Source of the DNA: an uncultured Bacilli bacterium
Lineage (GTDB): Bacteria; Bacillota_I; Bacilli_A; RF39; UBA660
Direction: 5' to 3'
Assembly (NCBI GenBank): GCA_934096015.1
Contig: CAKOLD010000002.1
Location: 393 to 64,392 of the forward strand
Length of the DNA stretch: 64,000 nucleotides
Shown here: piece after piece, positions 9,409 to 18,872 of the stretch
Layout: every line of letters begins with the position of its first letter
Position numbering within the stretch: position 1 is the stretch's first letter
The notes under the pieces: generated by a model
Databases searched by the model: none
Told to the model about the DNA's origin: nothing
The model's input: the letters and a program-made list of their open reading frames with translations, nothing else
Position numbers and translations under genes: made by a program

Positions 9409-10599
9409 ATGAAATTATTTGATGAATTAAAATGGAGAGGATTAATAAAAGATATTACAAGTCCAGAATTAGAAGAAAAATTAAATGCTGGTGGGTTAAC
9501 ATTTTATATTGGAACTGACCCAACTGCTGATTCGATGCATATAGGACATTTATCTTCATTTTTAATAAGTAAAAGATTAAAAGATGCTGGTCATCATCCA
9601 ATATTATTAGTTGGTGGAGCAACTGGAATGATTGGAGATCCTAAAGCGACTACAGAAAGAGCTTTAATAAGTAAGGAAGAAGTATTGAAAAATTATGAAG
9701 GTTTAAAAAAACAAGCTGAAGAAATATTTGGATTTGAAGTTGTTAATAATTTTGACTGGTGTAAAGATATTAATATGCTTGATTTTTTAAGAGATTATGG
9801 TAAGTATTTTAATATTAATTATATGTTAGATAAGGATATAATTAGAAGAAGATTAGAATCTGGTATTACTTTTACGGAATTTTCTTATATGATTATACAA
9901 GCTTTAGATTTTATGCATTTACATAAAACGAGAGGTGTCGATTTACAAGTCGCTGGTAGTGATCAATGGGGAAATATAACTGCTGGTGTTGATTTAATAA
10001 AGAAGGCTTGTGGAGATACTGTATATGCGTTTACTATGCCTTTGGTAACTGATTCAAATGGTGTTAAATTTGGAAAAACTGAAGGTAATGCTTTATGGTT
10101 AGATAAGGAAAAAACAAGTCCATATGAAATGTATCAATTTTTACTTAACAGTGAAGATGTAATGGTTATTGATTATTTAAAAAGATTTACTTTTTTGAGT
10201 AAAGAAGAGATAGATGATATTGAAAAAGATCACTTAGTTGCTCCAGAAAAAAGGCTTGCTCATAAAACTTTAGCTTATGAAGTTGTTAAATTTTTACATG
10301 GAGAAGAAGAAGCTAATAAAGCAAGAGATATTAGCGAGGAGGTTTTTAAAACTGGTGTAAGTGATTTAATGCCAAGTCAAGAAATTGATAATGCTAATAT
10401 TACTGTTATCGATTTATTATGTTCTTTAGGGTTAGTTACTTCAAAAAGTGAAGCAAGAAGATTAGTACTTCAAGGAGGAATTTCTATAAATAAAGAGAAA
10501 ATTTTAGATCCAGAATTAATAATTTCATCATTATTTAAAGATAATTCTTTGATTTTACAAAAGGGTAAAAAAGTATTTATAAAAGTAAATTTGAAATAA
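9409..10599 (+). CDS. tyrS: tyrosyl-tRNA synthetase
   Basis: HIGH-type 'ADSMHIGHL', KMSKS-type 'KFGKTEG', C-terminal S4 domain; T-box upstream. Confidence 0.95.
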   Translation: MKLFDELKWRGLIKDITSPELEEKLNAGGLTFYIGTDPTADSMHIGHLSSFLISKRLKDAGHHPILLVGGATGMIGDPKATTERALISKEEVLKNYEGLKKQAEEIFGFEVVNNFDWCKDINMLDFLRDYGKYFNINYMLDKDIIRRRLESGITFTEFSYMIIQALDFMHLHKTRGVDLQVAGSDQWGNITAGVDLIKKACGDTVYAFTMPLVTDSNGVKFGKTEGNALWLDKEKTSPYEMYQFLLNSEDVMVIDYLKRFTFLSKEEIDDIEKDHLVAPEKRLAHKTLAYEVVKFLHGEEEANKARDISEEVFKTGVSDLMPSQEIDNANITVIDLLCSLGLVTSKSEARRLVLQGGISINKEKILDPELIISSLFKDNSLILQKGKKVFIKVNLK

Positions 10600-10647
10600 T
10601 TGATGATTTGTGATAATATAACTCTCAAGTTTTGGGGGTTATTTTTT

Positions 10648-11130
10648 ATGAAAAGGTGTATTTTAGAAATATTTTTTTCTTTAATTTTAATTTTTAGTAG
10701 TTATTTTATTTTTAATAATGAGGAGTTAGATTATTATCAAAAAGTTATAGATAGCTATGATAATGTAGTTGCTATAGATGTGAGTGAGAATTTTAAAAAT
10801 CTTGAATATTTAAGTACTGGGATTAGTGAATCTAAATTAACACTAAATAATATTAATAATAATTATAAACATATTAATTTGATTTTTAATTTATCTAGTA
10901 GTAGTGATGAACTAATTAATAATTTGTATTTAAGTGTAAATGGTGATTTAGTTAAATTAACTGATGTATTAGAGAAGCAAGAGGGAAGTGATTATTCTTT
11001 TTTGGTTGATACATATTATTTAACCAGTTATGAAAAGAAAGATTTATATTTAGGGTTATATTTAAATGATAATTATGTTATGAGTGACAAAGATATTATT
11101 AATTATAATTTTGTTGGAGAAATTATATAA
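10648..11130 (+). CDS. hypothetical membrane protein
   Basis: ORF 10600..11130 trimmed to ATG after GGGGG RBS; N-terminal TM. Confidence 0.4.
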   Translation: MKRCILEIFFSLILIFSSYFIFNNEELDYYQKVIDSYDNVVAIDVSENFKNLEYLSTGISESKLTLNNINNNYKHINLIFNLSSSSDELINNLYLSVNGDLVKLTDVLEKQEGSDYSFLVDTYYLTSYEKKDLYLGLYLNDNYVMSDKDIINYNFVGEII

Positions 11131-11191
11131 TAATGTCTTTTTTAATGCTATTATTTGTGTTAAAATTATGGTTAGAGTAAGGAGAATTTTT

Positions 11192-12910
11192 ATGGGAGAA
11201 AATGGATACTTGTTTTTGGGAATTATCTATTTTATTATTGCGACTATTTTAATTACGCTTACTTTGGTATTGATAAATAAACATAATAAGAAAAAATATA
11301 ATGAAGCTTTAAGAGTTCTAGAAAGAGATAAGAATTTAATTATATCAGCTTCAATATTAAGTGAACTTAATAAAGTTGAATCTTTAGTTAATAATAAAGA
11401 ATTAGAAAATGTTTATAATAATTGGAAAATTAAATTTAAACAGATTAAAGATAAAGAAGTTCCTAAGATTACTGATGAATTAATAGAAGTTGAAGAATTA
11501 TTTAAGACTAAAAAATATAAGCTTATTGAAGAAAAATTAGCAAAAATAGAACTTGATATATATTATGTTAAAAGTAAGGCTCAATTTTTATTAGGAGAAA
11601 TAAAAGAGATTACTTTGAGTGAATCTAAAAATAGAGAAATTGTAACCAAGTTAAAAACTAGTTATCGTAATATTTTTTTGAAATATAATAATCATAAGGA
11701 AGATTATTATTTAATTAATAGTCCTATTGAATTACAATTTGAGAATGTTGATAAATTATTTTCGACATTTGAAGTTGCTATGGATAATAATAAATATAGT
11801 GAAGTTGGAAAAATTGTTAAAGCTTTGGATGATATTATAGGAAATTTGGGAATAGTAGTAGATGAAGCTCCGAGTATAATTTTAATGGGTAAAAATATTA
11901 TACCTAAAAAAATTGAAGATATTAAATCAATATATGAAAGAATGGTTAAAGAAAATTACAATTTAGATTATTTGAATATTGATTATAATATAGAGGAATC
12001 AGAAAAGAAAATAGCTGATATATTTGATAGATTAAATGTATTAAATTTGGAAGATTCTATTTTTGAATTAAAAACTATTATGGATTATTTTGATGGTCTT
12101 TATAATGATTTTGAAAAAGAAAAAGTAAGTAAGAAAATGTTTTTAGAATATATGAGGGTTATTGGAATTAAAAGTAAAAAAATTAATTCTGTAATCGGAA
12201 GTATTAGTAGAAAAATAGATGAAATAAAATATAGTTATGATTTAAGTGATGATGAAATAGTTATTATTGATGAACTTAATTTGGAGAGTAAGAGTATTCA
12301 AAGTGATTATGAAATGATTGTTGAGAATTATCGTAATAAATCATTTGCATATACAAAACTTGATAAAGAAATGGAACTTTTAAATTTAAGAATTTCTAAG
12401 ATTGAAGATAAATTAAATTTTACATTAAAAAGTTTAGGTAGTTTAAAAGAAGATGAATTAAGAGCTCGTGAACAGTTAGAAGAAATAAAAGATATTTTAA
12501 ATAAATCAAAGAAAAAAATTAATAGTTTTAAATTGCCAGTTATTCCTAAGTGTTATTATATTGAGTTAGAAGAAGCTACTGAGGCAATAAGGGAAATGAT
12601 AAAGGAATTGGAACAACAACCAATATCAATTAAGACTTTGAATACGAGAGTTGATACGGCTAGAGATTTAGTTTTAAAATTATTTAATACAACTAATGAA
12701 ACTGTAAAGACAGCGTGGATGGCTGAAAATGCAATTGTTTATGGAAACAGATACAGAGCTAGTAATAAAGATATTAATGCTGGTTTAGAAAGAGCTGAAG
12801 TAGCTTTTATGAAGGGAAATTTTAAACTTAGTTTAGAAAATTCAATAAATGCGATTAATATAATTGAACCTGGTATTCATAAAAAACTTTTAAGCGCATA
12901 TGAAAAATAA
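11192..12910 (+). CDS. ezrA: septation ring formation regulator EzrA
   Basis: single N-terminal TM, ~570 aa of coiled coil, C-terminal 'YGNRYRASN' patch (EzrA QNR patch); start moved to ATG with RBS aggaga. Confidence 0.7.
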   Translation: MGENGYLFLGIIYFIIATILITLTLVLINKHNKKKYNEALRVLERDKNLIISASILSELNKVESLVNNKELENVYNNWKIKFKQIKDKEVPKITDELIEVEELFKTKKYKLIEEKLAKIELDIYYVKSKAQFLLGEIKEITLSESKNREIVTKLKTSYRNIFLKYNNHKEDYYLINSPIELQFENVDKLFSTFEVAMDNNKYSEVGKIVKALDDIIGNLGIVVDEAPSIILMGKNIIPKKIEDIKSIYERMVKENYNLDYLNIDYNIEESEKKIADIFDRLNVLNLEDSIFELKTIMDYFDGLYNDFEKEKVSKKMFLEYMRVIGIKSKKINSVIGSISRKIDEIKYSYDLSDDEIVIIDELNLESKSIQSDYEMIVENYRNKSFAYTKLDKEMELLNLRISKIEDKLNFTLKSLGSLKEDELRAREQLEEIKDILNKSKKKINSFKLPVIPKCYYIELEEATEAIREMIKELEQQPISIKTLNTRVDTARDLVLKLFNTTNETVKTAWMAENAIVYGNRYRASNKDINAGLERAEVAFMKGNFKLSLENSINAINIIEPGIHKKLLSAYEK

Positions 12911-12927
12911 AATGGTGGTGAATTTTT

Positions 12928-13866
12928 ATGTATTGTGAAAATTGCGGAAGTAAAGTAAAAGAAAATGATATTTATTGTGAGAATTGTGGTACAAAATTAA
13001 AAACTGTGGAAATCAAACAGAAGAAAAATACTAATTGGATATTGATAATACTTATAGTTTTTGGAAGTATATTGTTTCTTTCTTTTTTAGGAGCATTTGC
13101 CTTTTATCATATTTGGTCAATTTATGAAAATGAAATAAAAGAAGCTATTAATGATGTAAAAATTAGTATTGACGAAGAAATATTAAGTGATGATGATTAT
13201 TTAGAACATTATCCTTCAATAAAAGAAGTTTATTTAAATTCTAAAGATATAGATAGTGGATTTTATTCTTATTATAATGCAAGTAATATTTCAACAAGTT
13301 TGATGAATAAAAATAATTTAATTAGTATGGCTATTGTTAGTTTGGATAAAAATAAAAATTATGAAAATCCTCTTACATTGGATAATACTTTATATAATGT
13401 TGATATTAATAATTTTGAAAGTTTTAATTCTTTAGATACAGTGAGTGATGAATATTTTAAAGTTGATGAGTTGTTTGTAAAGTCATTTTCCAGAGATGTA
13501 GTTAATAATGAAGCTATGAAACTTTTTAATGTAACTGTTGAACAAGAAATCAGTTATAATAATGATATATGTAATGGATCTATAAGATTAGTTAATGATT
13601 CTTATAAATTTTATTATAAAGATTGTAATAATAAAAATTATTATTATACAAAAATTAAGGGAATTAAAGAATTAGATGATTATATACTAGTTGATGAATA
13701 TGTTGGATATGTAATGGATAATAAAGTTTATGATCGTTATGATGGAGAATTTGTATCTGATTTAGATCATGTTGGTGATTATTATGAATTGTTATCACAA
13801 TATACTAAGACTTTTAGAAAAAATAGTGATGGTAGTTATTTTTTAGAAAATGTTTCAAAAAAATAG
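12928..13866 (+). CDS. zinc-ribbon membrane protein
   Basis: 'CENCGSKV...CENCGTKL' zinc ribbon, then TM and extracellular domain. Confidence 0.45.
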   Translation: MYCENCGSKVKENDIYCENCGTKLKTVEIKQKKNTNWILIILIVFGSILFLSFLGAFAFYHIWSIYENEIKEAINDVKISIDEEILSDDDYLEHYPSIKEVYLNSKDIDSGFYSYYNASNISTSLMNKNNLISMAIVSLDKNKNYENPLTLDNTLYNVDINNFESFNSLDTVSDEYFKVDELFVKSFSRDVVNNEAMKLFNVTVEQEISYNNDICNGSIRLVNDSYKFYYKDCNNKNYYYTKIKGIKELDDYILVDEYVGYVMDNKVYDRYDGEFVSDLDHVGDYYELLSQYTKTFRKNSDGSYFLENVSKK

Positions 13867-13883
13867 TAATTGAAGTATTGTAA

Positions 13884-13912
13884 TTGACAAAATTAATCTT
13901 TAAGAATATAAT
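13884..13912 (+). promoter_or_regulatory. sigma-A-type promoter for ileS leader
   Basis: TTGACA-17-TATAAT. Confidence 0.6.
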
Positions 13913-13914
13913 TT

Positions 13915-14135
13915 AATACATAAAGCAGTTGAAGAAGACGTTAAATAGTATAATTTAAAGAGAGTTTGTGGTTGGTGAAAACAAATAAGGAACTATTTAT
14001 GAATCACTTCTGATGTGATTAAGTGATAAGCTTAATTCGTTACTCGCGTTAAGAGTTTAAGTGTATGATATTACTCATAAAATAAGGTGGTACCGCGAAT
14101 TTATTTCGTCCTTATGTTTATGAGTTTTTTTTATG
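13915..14135 (+). promoter_or_regulatory. T-box riboswitch leader (Ile) with terminator
   Basis: 'AGAGAG' stem-I base, 'AUC' candidate specifier, T-box 'AAGGTGGTACCGCG' at 14085-14098, terminator actcataaaataagg/ccttatgtttatgagt + T8. Confidence 0.7.
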
Positions 14136-14148
14136 AAAGGGTGGAAAT

Positions 14149-17100
14149 ATGAAGAATTTTAAAGAGCTTGATAAGAGAGCAGTTCATGAAGTTGAAAGTA
14201 CTATATTGAAAGAATGGAAAAAACAGGATATTTTAAATAAAACGATTTTAAATAGAAATAATTCTAAAAATTGGGTTTTTTACGATGGACCAGCAACTGC
14301 AAATGGAAATCCTGGTTTACACCATATGGTTGCTAAGTTTTTGAAAGATACTTTTTGTAAGTATCAAACTATGAAAGGAAATAAAGTTTTAAGAAAAATA
14401 GGTTGGGATACTCATGGATTACCAGTTGAAGTTCAAGTTGAAAAACAATTAGGTTTTTCAGGTAAAACTGATATTGAAAAATATGGTATCGAAAAATTTA
14501 ATGAAAAGTGTCGTCAAAGTGTTTGGGAAAATGAAAATGCTTTTAAAAGATTGACTGATGAAATGGGTCAATTTATTGATATGGATAATAAGTATATTAC
14601 TTATGATAATAATTATATTGAAACGGAATGGTATATTTTAAAGAAGTTTTTTGATGAAGGATTATTTTATGAGGGTGTAAAGATTCTTCCTTGGTGTCCA
14701 AGATGTGGAACTGGTTTAGCTAGTCATGAGGTTGCTCAAGGATATAAAGAAATTACTGCAAATACTGTAATAGTTCCTTTTAAACTTAAAGGTAAAGATG
14801 AGTATTTTTTAGTGTGGACAACAACTCCTTGGACTTTAATAAGTAATGTTGCTTTATGTGTTAATCCAGAAGAAAATTATGTTAAGGTAGATTCTAAAGG
14901 ATACAAGTTTATTTTAGCTGAAAAACTTGCAAGTAGTGTTTTGAATGATGAATATACAGTTTTAGAAACTTTTAAGGGTAAAGATTTAGAATATGTAGAG
15001 TATGAACAATTAATACCTAGCTTAGAAGTTAATGGTAAAGCTTTCTTTGTTACTGTAGATGATTATGTTACGATGACTGATGGAACTGGTATCGTACATA
15101 TTGCACCAGCTTTTGGAGAAGATGATGCTAATGTTGGTAAAAAATATAAATTGCCATATGTTAATCCTGTTAATGAAGATGCAACTTATAAAGAAGGATT
15201 ATGGAAGGGAATGAATATTTTTGATGCTGACTTAGAAGTTATTAAGTGGCTAAAAGCAAATGATAAATTGTTTAAAAAACAAAAAATGGTACATGATTAT
15301 CCACATTGTTGGAGATGTGATTCACCTTTAGTTTATTATTCAAGACCATCTTTCTATTTGGAAGTAACTAAATTAAAAGATGCTATAATTGCTGAAAATA
15401 AAAAAGTAAATTGGTATCCAAGTTTTGTTGGAGAAAAACGTTTTGGTAATTGGTTAGAAAATATGAATGACTGGGCAATATCAAGAAGTAGATATTGGGG
15501 AACTCCACTTCCTTTATGGCGTTGTAGCTGTGGTCATATGGAAATGATTGGTTCTAGAAAAGAACTAGTAGAAAAGGCTATTGAAAAGATAGATGAAACG
15601 ATTGATTTACATAGACCATATGTTGATGATGTACATATTACTTGTCCAGATTGTGGAAAAACAATGGATAGAGTTAAAGATGTAATTGATTGTTGGTTTG
15701 ACTCAGGAAGTATGCCATTTAGTCAATATCATTATCCTTTTGAAAATAAAGAATTATGGGAAAGTCAATATCCTGCTGACTTTATTGCAGAAGGTATAGA
15801 TCAAACAAGAGGTTGGTTTTATTCTTTATTAGTTATTGGTGTTTTTATGACGGGACATAGTCCTTACAAAAATGTTTTGGTTAATGAATTATTATTAGAT
15901 AAATTTGGTAAGAAAATGCATAAATCAAAAGGTAATGCAATTGAACCATTTACTTTAATGGAAAAATTTGGAGCAGATACAATAAGGTGGTATTTTCCTT
16001 ATGTTTCTCCGACATGGACTCCTTTAAAATTTGATGAAGATGGTTTGAAAGAAGTACATTCTAAATTCTTTAATCCATTTAAGAATACTTATTCCTTTTT
16101 CCAAATGTACGCTAATACTGATTTAATTGATATAGATAATTGTGATGTGAAACTAGAGGATAGAGAAGAAATTGATAAGTGGTTAATTAGTAAATATAAT
16201 AAATTATTAAAAGTTTGTACTGAAGGATATGATAAATATGATTTGAATCAAGTTGTTAAAGAAGTAACTGCTTTTGTTTCAGAGGATTTATCAAATTGGT
16301 ACATTAGAAGAAATAGAAATAGATTTTGGAGTAGTGAGTTAGATAATAGTAAAAAGAGTGTTTATAAAACTACTTATGAAGTTTTAGTAGGTTTATGTGA
16401 GTTATGTGCTCCAATTATACCATTTACGACTGAAGAAATTTATAAAGATCTAACTGGTTTAGAATCTGTTCATTTAGCTGATTTTCCACAGTGTGATGAA
16501 ACTAAAATTAATCAAGAAATTGAAACGAAAATGGATTTAGTTAGGGATTTAATTTCTACAGGTCGTTATGTAAGAGAAGAAGCTAAAATTAAAGTTCGTC
16601 AACCTATTAGTGAATGTTTGATCGATGGAAAATATAAAGACATTTTAGGAGATTTGGTTAATTTAATTAATGAAGAATTAAATGTTAAACAAGTGATTTT
16701 TGTAAATGATTTAGCAGAATATATGAATTTTACAATTAAACCTAATTTTAAAGTTTGTGGAGCAATGTTTGGATCTAAGATGAAGTTATATCAACAAACT
16801 TTATCTGATTTAAATGACGATGATATAGATTTATTGCTTAAAGAAGAAACAATTACAGTTGATTTTGATGGAGAAAGATTAGATATAACTCCTAATATGG
16901 TTGACATTAGAATTGAAGCTAAAGAAGGATTTAATGTGGGAATGGAAAATAATAAATTTATTATATTAAATACTGACTTAAGTAGAGATTTATTGCTTGA
17001 AGGATTGGCTCGTGAAATTGTTTCTAAGGTACAAAATTTACGTAAAGAAAATAATTTTAATATTATTGATAGAATTGAATTAGAATATTCTTCTGATGAT

Positions 17101-17250
17101 GAAGTTAAAGAAGCTATTAATGAATTTAAAGATTATATTATGAATGAAACTTTAGCTGTTGTTATTAAAGAAAATAGTAATTTAGAAAAAGCAAATTTAA
17201 TTGATATTAATGGTCATGATGTAAAAATAAAAATTGAAGTAACAAAATAA
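14149..17250 (+). CDS. ileS: isoleucyl-tRNA synthetase, long (type-2/eukaryote-like) form
   Basis: 'FYDGPATANGNPGLHH' class-I signature, 'KMHKSKGN' KMSKS, 1033 aa, T-box upstream. Confidence 0.95.
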   Translation: MKNFKELDKRAVHEVESTILKEWKKQDILNKTILNRNNSKNWVFYDGPATANGNPGLHHMVAKFLKDTFCKYQTMKGNKVLRKIGWDTHGLPVEVQVEKQLGFSGKTDIEKYGIEKFNEKCRQSVWENENAFKRLTDEMGQFIDMDNKYITYDNNYIETEWYILKKFFDEGLFYEGVKILPWCPRCGTGLASHEVAQGYKEITANTVIVPFKLKGKDEYFLVWTTTPWTLISNVALCVNPEENYVKVDSKGYKFILAEKLASSVLNDEYTVLETFKGKDLEYVEYEQLIPSLEVNGKAFFVTVDDYVTMTDGTGIVHIAPAFGEDDANVGKKYKLPYVNPVNEDATYKEGLWKGMNIFDADLEVIKWLKANDKLFKKQKMVHDYPHCWRCDSPLVYYSRPSFYLEVTKLKDAIIAENKKVNWYPSFVGEKRFGNWLENMNDWAISRSRYWGTPLPLWRCSCGHMEMIGSRKELVEKAIEKIDETIDLHRPYVDDVHITCPDCGKTMDRVKDVIDCWFDSGSMPFSQYHYPFENKELWESQYPADFIAEGIDQTRGWFYSLLVIGVFMTGHSPYKNVLVNELLLDKFGKKMHKSKGNAIEPFTLMEKFGADTIRWYFPYVSPTWTPLKFDEDGLKEVHSKFFNPFKNTYSFFQMYANTDLIDIDNCDVKLEDREEIDKWLISKYNKLLKVCTEGYDKYDLNQVVKEVTAFVSEDLSNWYIRRNRNRFWSSELDNSKKSVYKTTYEVLVGLCELCAPIIPFTTEEIYKDLTGLESVHLADFPQCDETKINQEIETKMDLVRDLISTGRYVREEAKIKVRQPISECLIDGKYKDILGDLVNLINEELNVKQVIFVNDLAEYMNFTIKPNFKVCGAMFGSKMKLYQQTLSDLNDDDIDLLLKEETITVDFDGERLDITPNMVDIRIEAKEGFNVGMENNKFIILNTDLSRDLLLEGLAREIVSKVQNLRKENNFNIIDRIELEYSSDDEVKEAINEFKDYIMNETLAVVIKENSNLEKANLIDINGHDVKIKIEVTK

Positions 17251-17269
17251 TGTTACTTTAATTTTTTTT
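17239..17269 (+). terminator. rho-independent terminator overlapping ileS stop
   Basis: stem gtaaca/tgttac then T-rich run. Confidence 0.55.
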
Positions 17270-17294
17270 ATGGTAAAATTTAAAAGGAGGATGT

Positions 17295-17960
17295 ATGAAA
17301 AAAGGTAAAATAATTGTTTTAGAAGGTGCAACTGATGGTATGGGTAAAAGTACCCAATTACAAGAACTTAAAAATCATTTTAAAGAGGATAGTGTTTCAA
17401 TTTATACGCATCATTTTCCTAGTTATGATAGTGTTCAAGGAAATTTAGTTACAGAATATTTAAAAGGGAATTTAGGAAAGTTAGAAGAATTAAATCCTTA
17501 TTTAATTAATACTTTTTATGCGGTTGATAGGGCAGTAACTTGGAATAAGGAATTAAAGAGCGAATTTAATAAGGGAAAGGTATTATTACTTGATAGATAT
17601 ACTACTAGTAGTTTAATATATCAATCTGCTTTTATTACGAATTTAGAAGAGAAGAAAAAGTTTTTAGATTATGTTGCTACTTATGAATATGAAAAATTAG
17701 GTATACCTAAACCAGATAAAGTCATATTTTTGTATGGAGATTTTGATGTTATTAATGAGTTACGTATGTCTAGGGTGGATAATGAAGGTGTTAAAAATGA
17801 TATTCATGAATCTAACCTTGAATTTTTGAAGAAAGTTTATGACAGTGCTTTATTTGTTGCAGATTATTTTAAATGGGACAAGATTAATTGTACTTCTAAT
17901 GGAAAAATGAGAACTATTAAAGAGATTAGTGAAGAAATATACGAAATAGCAAAAAAATAG
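17295..17960 (+). CDS. thymidylate (dTMP) kinase-family protein
   Basis: P-loop 'IVLEGATDGMGKSTQ', 'LLLDRYTTSSLIYQ' (DRY motif). Confidence 0.55.
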   Translation: MKKGKIIVLEGATDGMGKSTQLQELKNHFKEDSVSIYTHHFPSYDSVQGNLVTEYLKGNLGKLEELNPYLINTFYAVDRAVTWNKELKSEFNKGKVLLLDRYTTSSLIYQSAFITNLEEKKKFLDYVATYEYEKLGIPKPDKVIFLYGDFDVINELRMSRVDNEGVKNDIHESNLEFLKKVYDSALFVADYFKWDKINCTSNGKMRTIKEISEEIYEIAKK

Positions 17961-17990
17961 TGTTACAAATTGTAACACTTTTTAAAATTT
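17951..17990. terminator. bidirectional terminator between tmk-like (+) and lexA (-)
   Basis: perfect palindrome tgttacaa|ttgtaaca flanked by A-run and T-run. Confidence 0.7.
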
Positions 17991-18602
17991 TCTATATAAA
18001 CCAATGGCTTTTCCTAAGATTGTGCAGTTATCTAAAATTATTGGATTCATGGTATCATTTTCAGGTTGTAATCTAATATGATCTTTTTCTTTATAAAAAG
18101 TTTTTAAGGTAACTTCATTGTCAAATGTCAATGCAACTACAATATCACCATTTCTAGCTGTATTTTGTTTTTGAACAATTACATAATCTCCATCATATAT
18201 ACCAACGTTTATCATAGAATCTCCACAACATTTTAAAGTAAAAATGGTTTCTTTTGCTGGAACTAATGATGCAGGAAGTGAAAAAAATTCGTTTGGTTGT
18301 TCAATAGCTTCGATTGGGCTACCACATGAGATATTTCCTAATAATGGAGTTTTTACTAATTCTTCTTCTTTTTTTTCATATTCATTTTCTACCAATATTT
18401 CGATGGTTCTAAATTTTGAGTTTTCTTTTCTAATTATTCCTTTGTTTTCTAATTGTTTTAAGTGTGTGTGAACAGTTGCTGGACTAGATAAATTCATTCC
18501 TTTGCATATTTCTCTAACACTAGGTGGATATCCATGAGATACTACAAACTTTTTAATATAATTTAATACTTCTTCTTGTTTTTTAGTTAGTTTCTCGTTC
18601 AT
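17982..18602 (-). CDS. lexA: SOS repressor LexA
   Basis: N-terminal wHTH 'SVREICKGMNLSSPATVHTHLKQLE', C-terminal S24 'GDSMINVGI...K' Ser/Lys dyad. Confidence 0.9.
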   Translation of the reverse strand: MNEKLTKKQEEVLNYIKKFVVSHGYPPSVREICKGMNLSSPATVHTHLKQLENKGIIRKENSKFRTIEILVENEYEKKEEELVKTPLLGNISCGSPIEAIEQPNEFFSLPASLVPAKETIFTLKCCGDSMINVGIYDGDYVIVQKQNTARNGDIVVALTFDNEVTLKTFYKEKDHIRLQPENDTMNPIILDNCTILGKAIGLYRKF

Positions 18603-18645
18603 ATTTACCTCCTAAATTTATGTTAACACTTTCAATGTAAAAAGT

Positions 18646-18689
18646 CAAACATTTGTTTATATTTTAAATTGACACGAACAATTGTTTAT
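18646..18689. promoter_or_regulatory. two Cheo-type LexA operators in lexA / small-ORF divergent promoter region
   Basis: 'CAAACATTTGTTTA' and 'CGAACAATTGTTTA' resemble Firmicutes CGAAC-N4-GTTCG; TTGACA at 18669-18674. Confidence 0.55.
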
Positions 18690-18721
18690 GTTAACCTTAA
18701 ATTGTAGTAAGGAGTGATTGA

Positions 18722-18823
18722 ATGAAAAAGTATATTGAAAATTATAAAGGGGTTATTTTATTGTATCTTTTTGTTGTCTTATCTACTATGTTGTTAATTT
18801 ATAGGTATGCATCTTTGGCTTAA
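18722..18823 (+). CDS. 33-aa hydrophobic peptide ORF divergent from lexA (candidate SOS-induced membrane peptide)
   Basis: strong RBS AAGGAGTGA 6 nt upstream of ATG; MKKYIENYKGVILLYLFVVLSTMLLIYRYASLA; not in the ORF track (too short). Confidence 0.35.
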   Translation: MKKYIENYKGVILLYLFVVLSTMLLIYRYASLA

Positions 18824-18872
18824 TTTACTTGAATTAATTTTAATAATCTTTTATACTTATGTAGTGATATTT

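Noticed and set aside
10600-11191. Upstream extensions of ORFs 10600 and 11084 as real N-termini
   Set aside because: Internal ATGs preceded by good RBSs (10648, 11192) give proteins beginning with canonical TM helices. The extensions are RBS-less.
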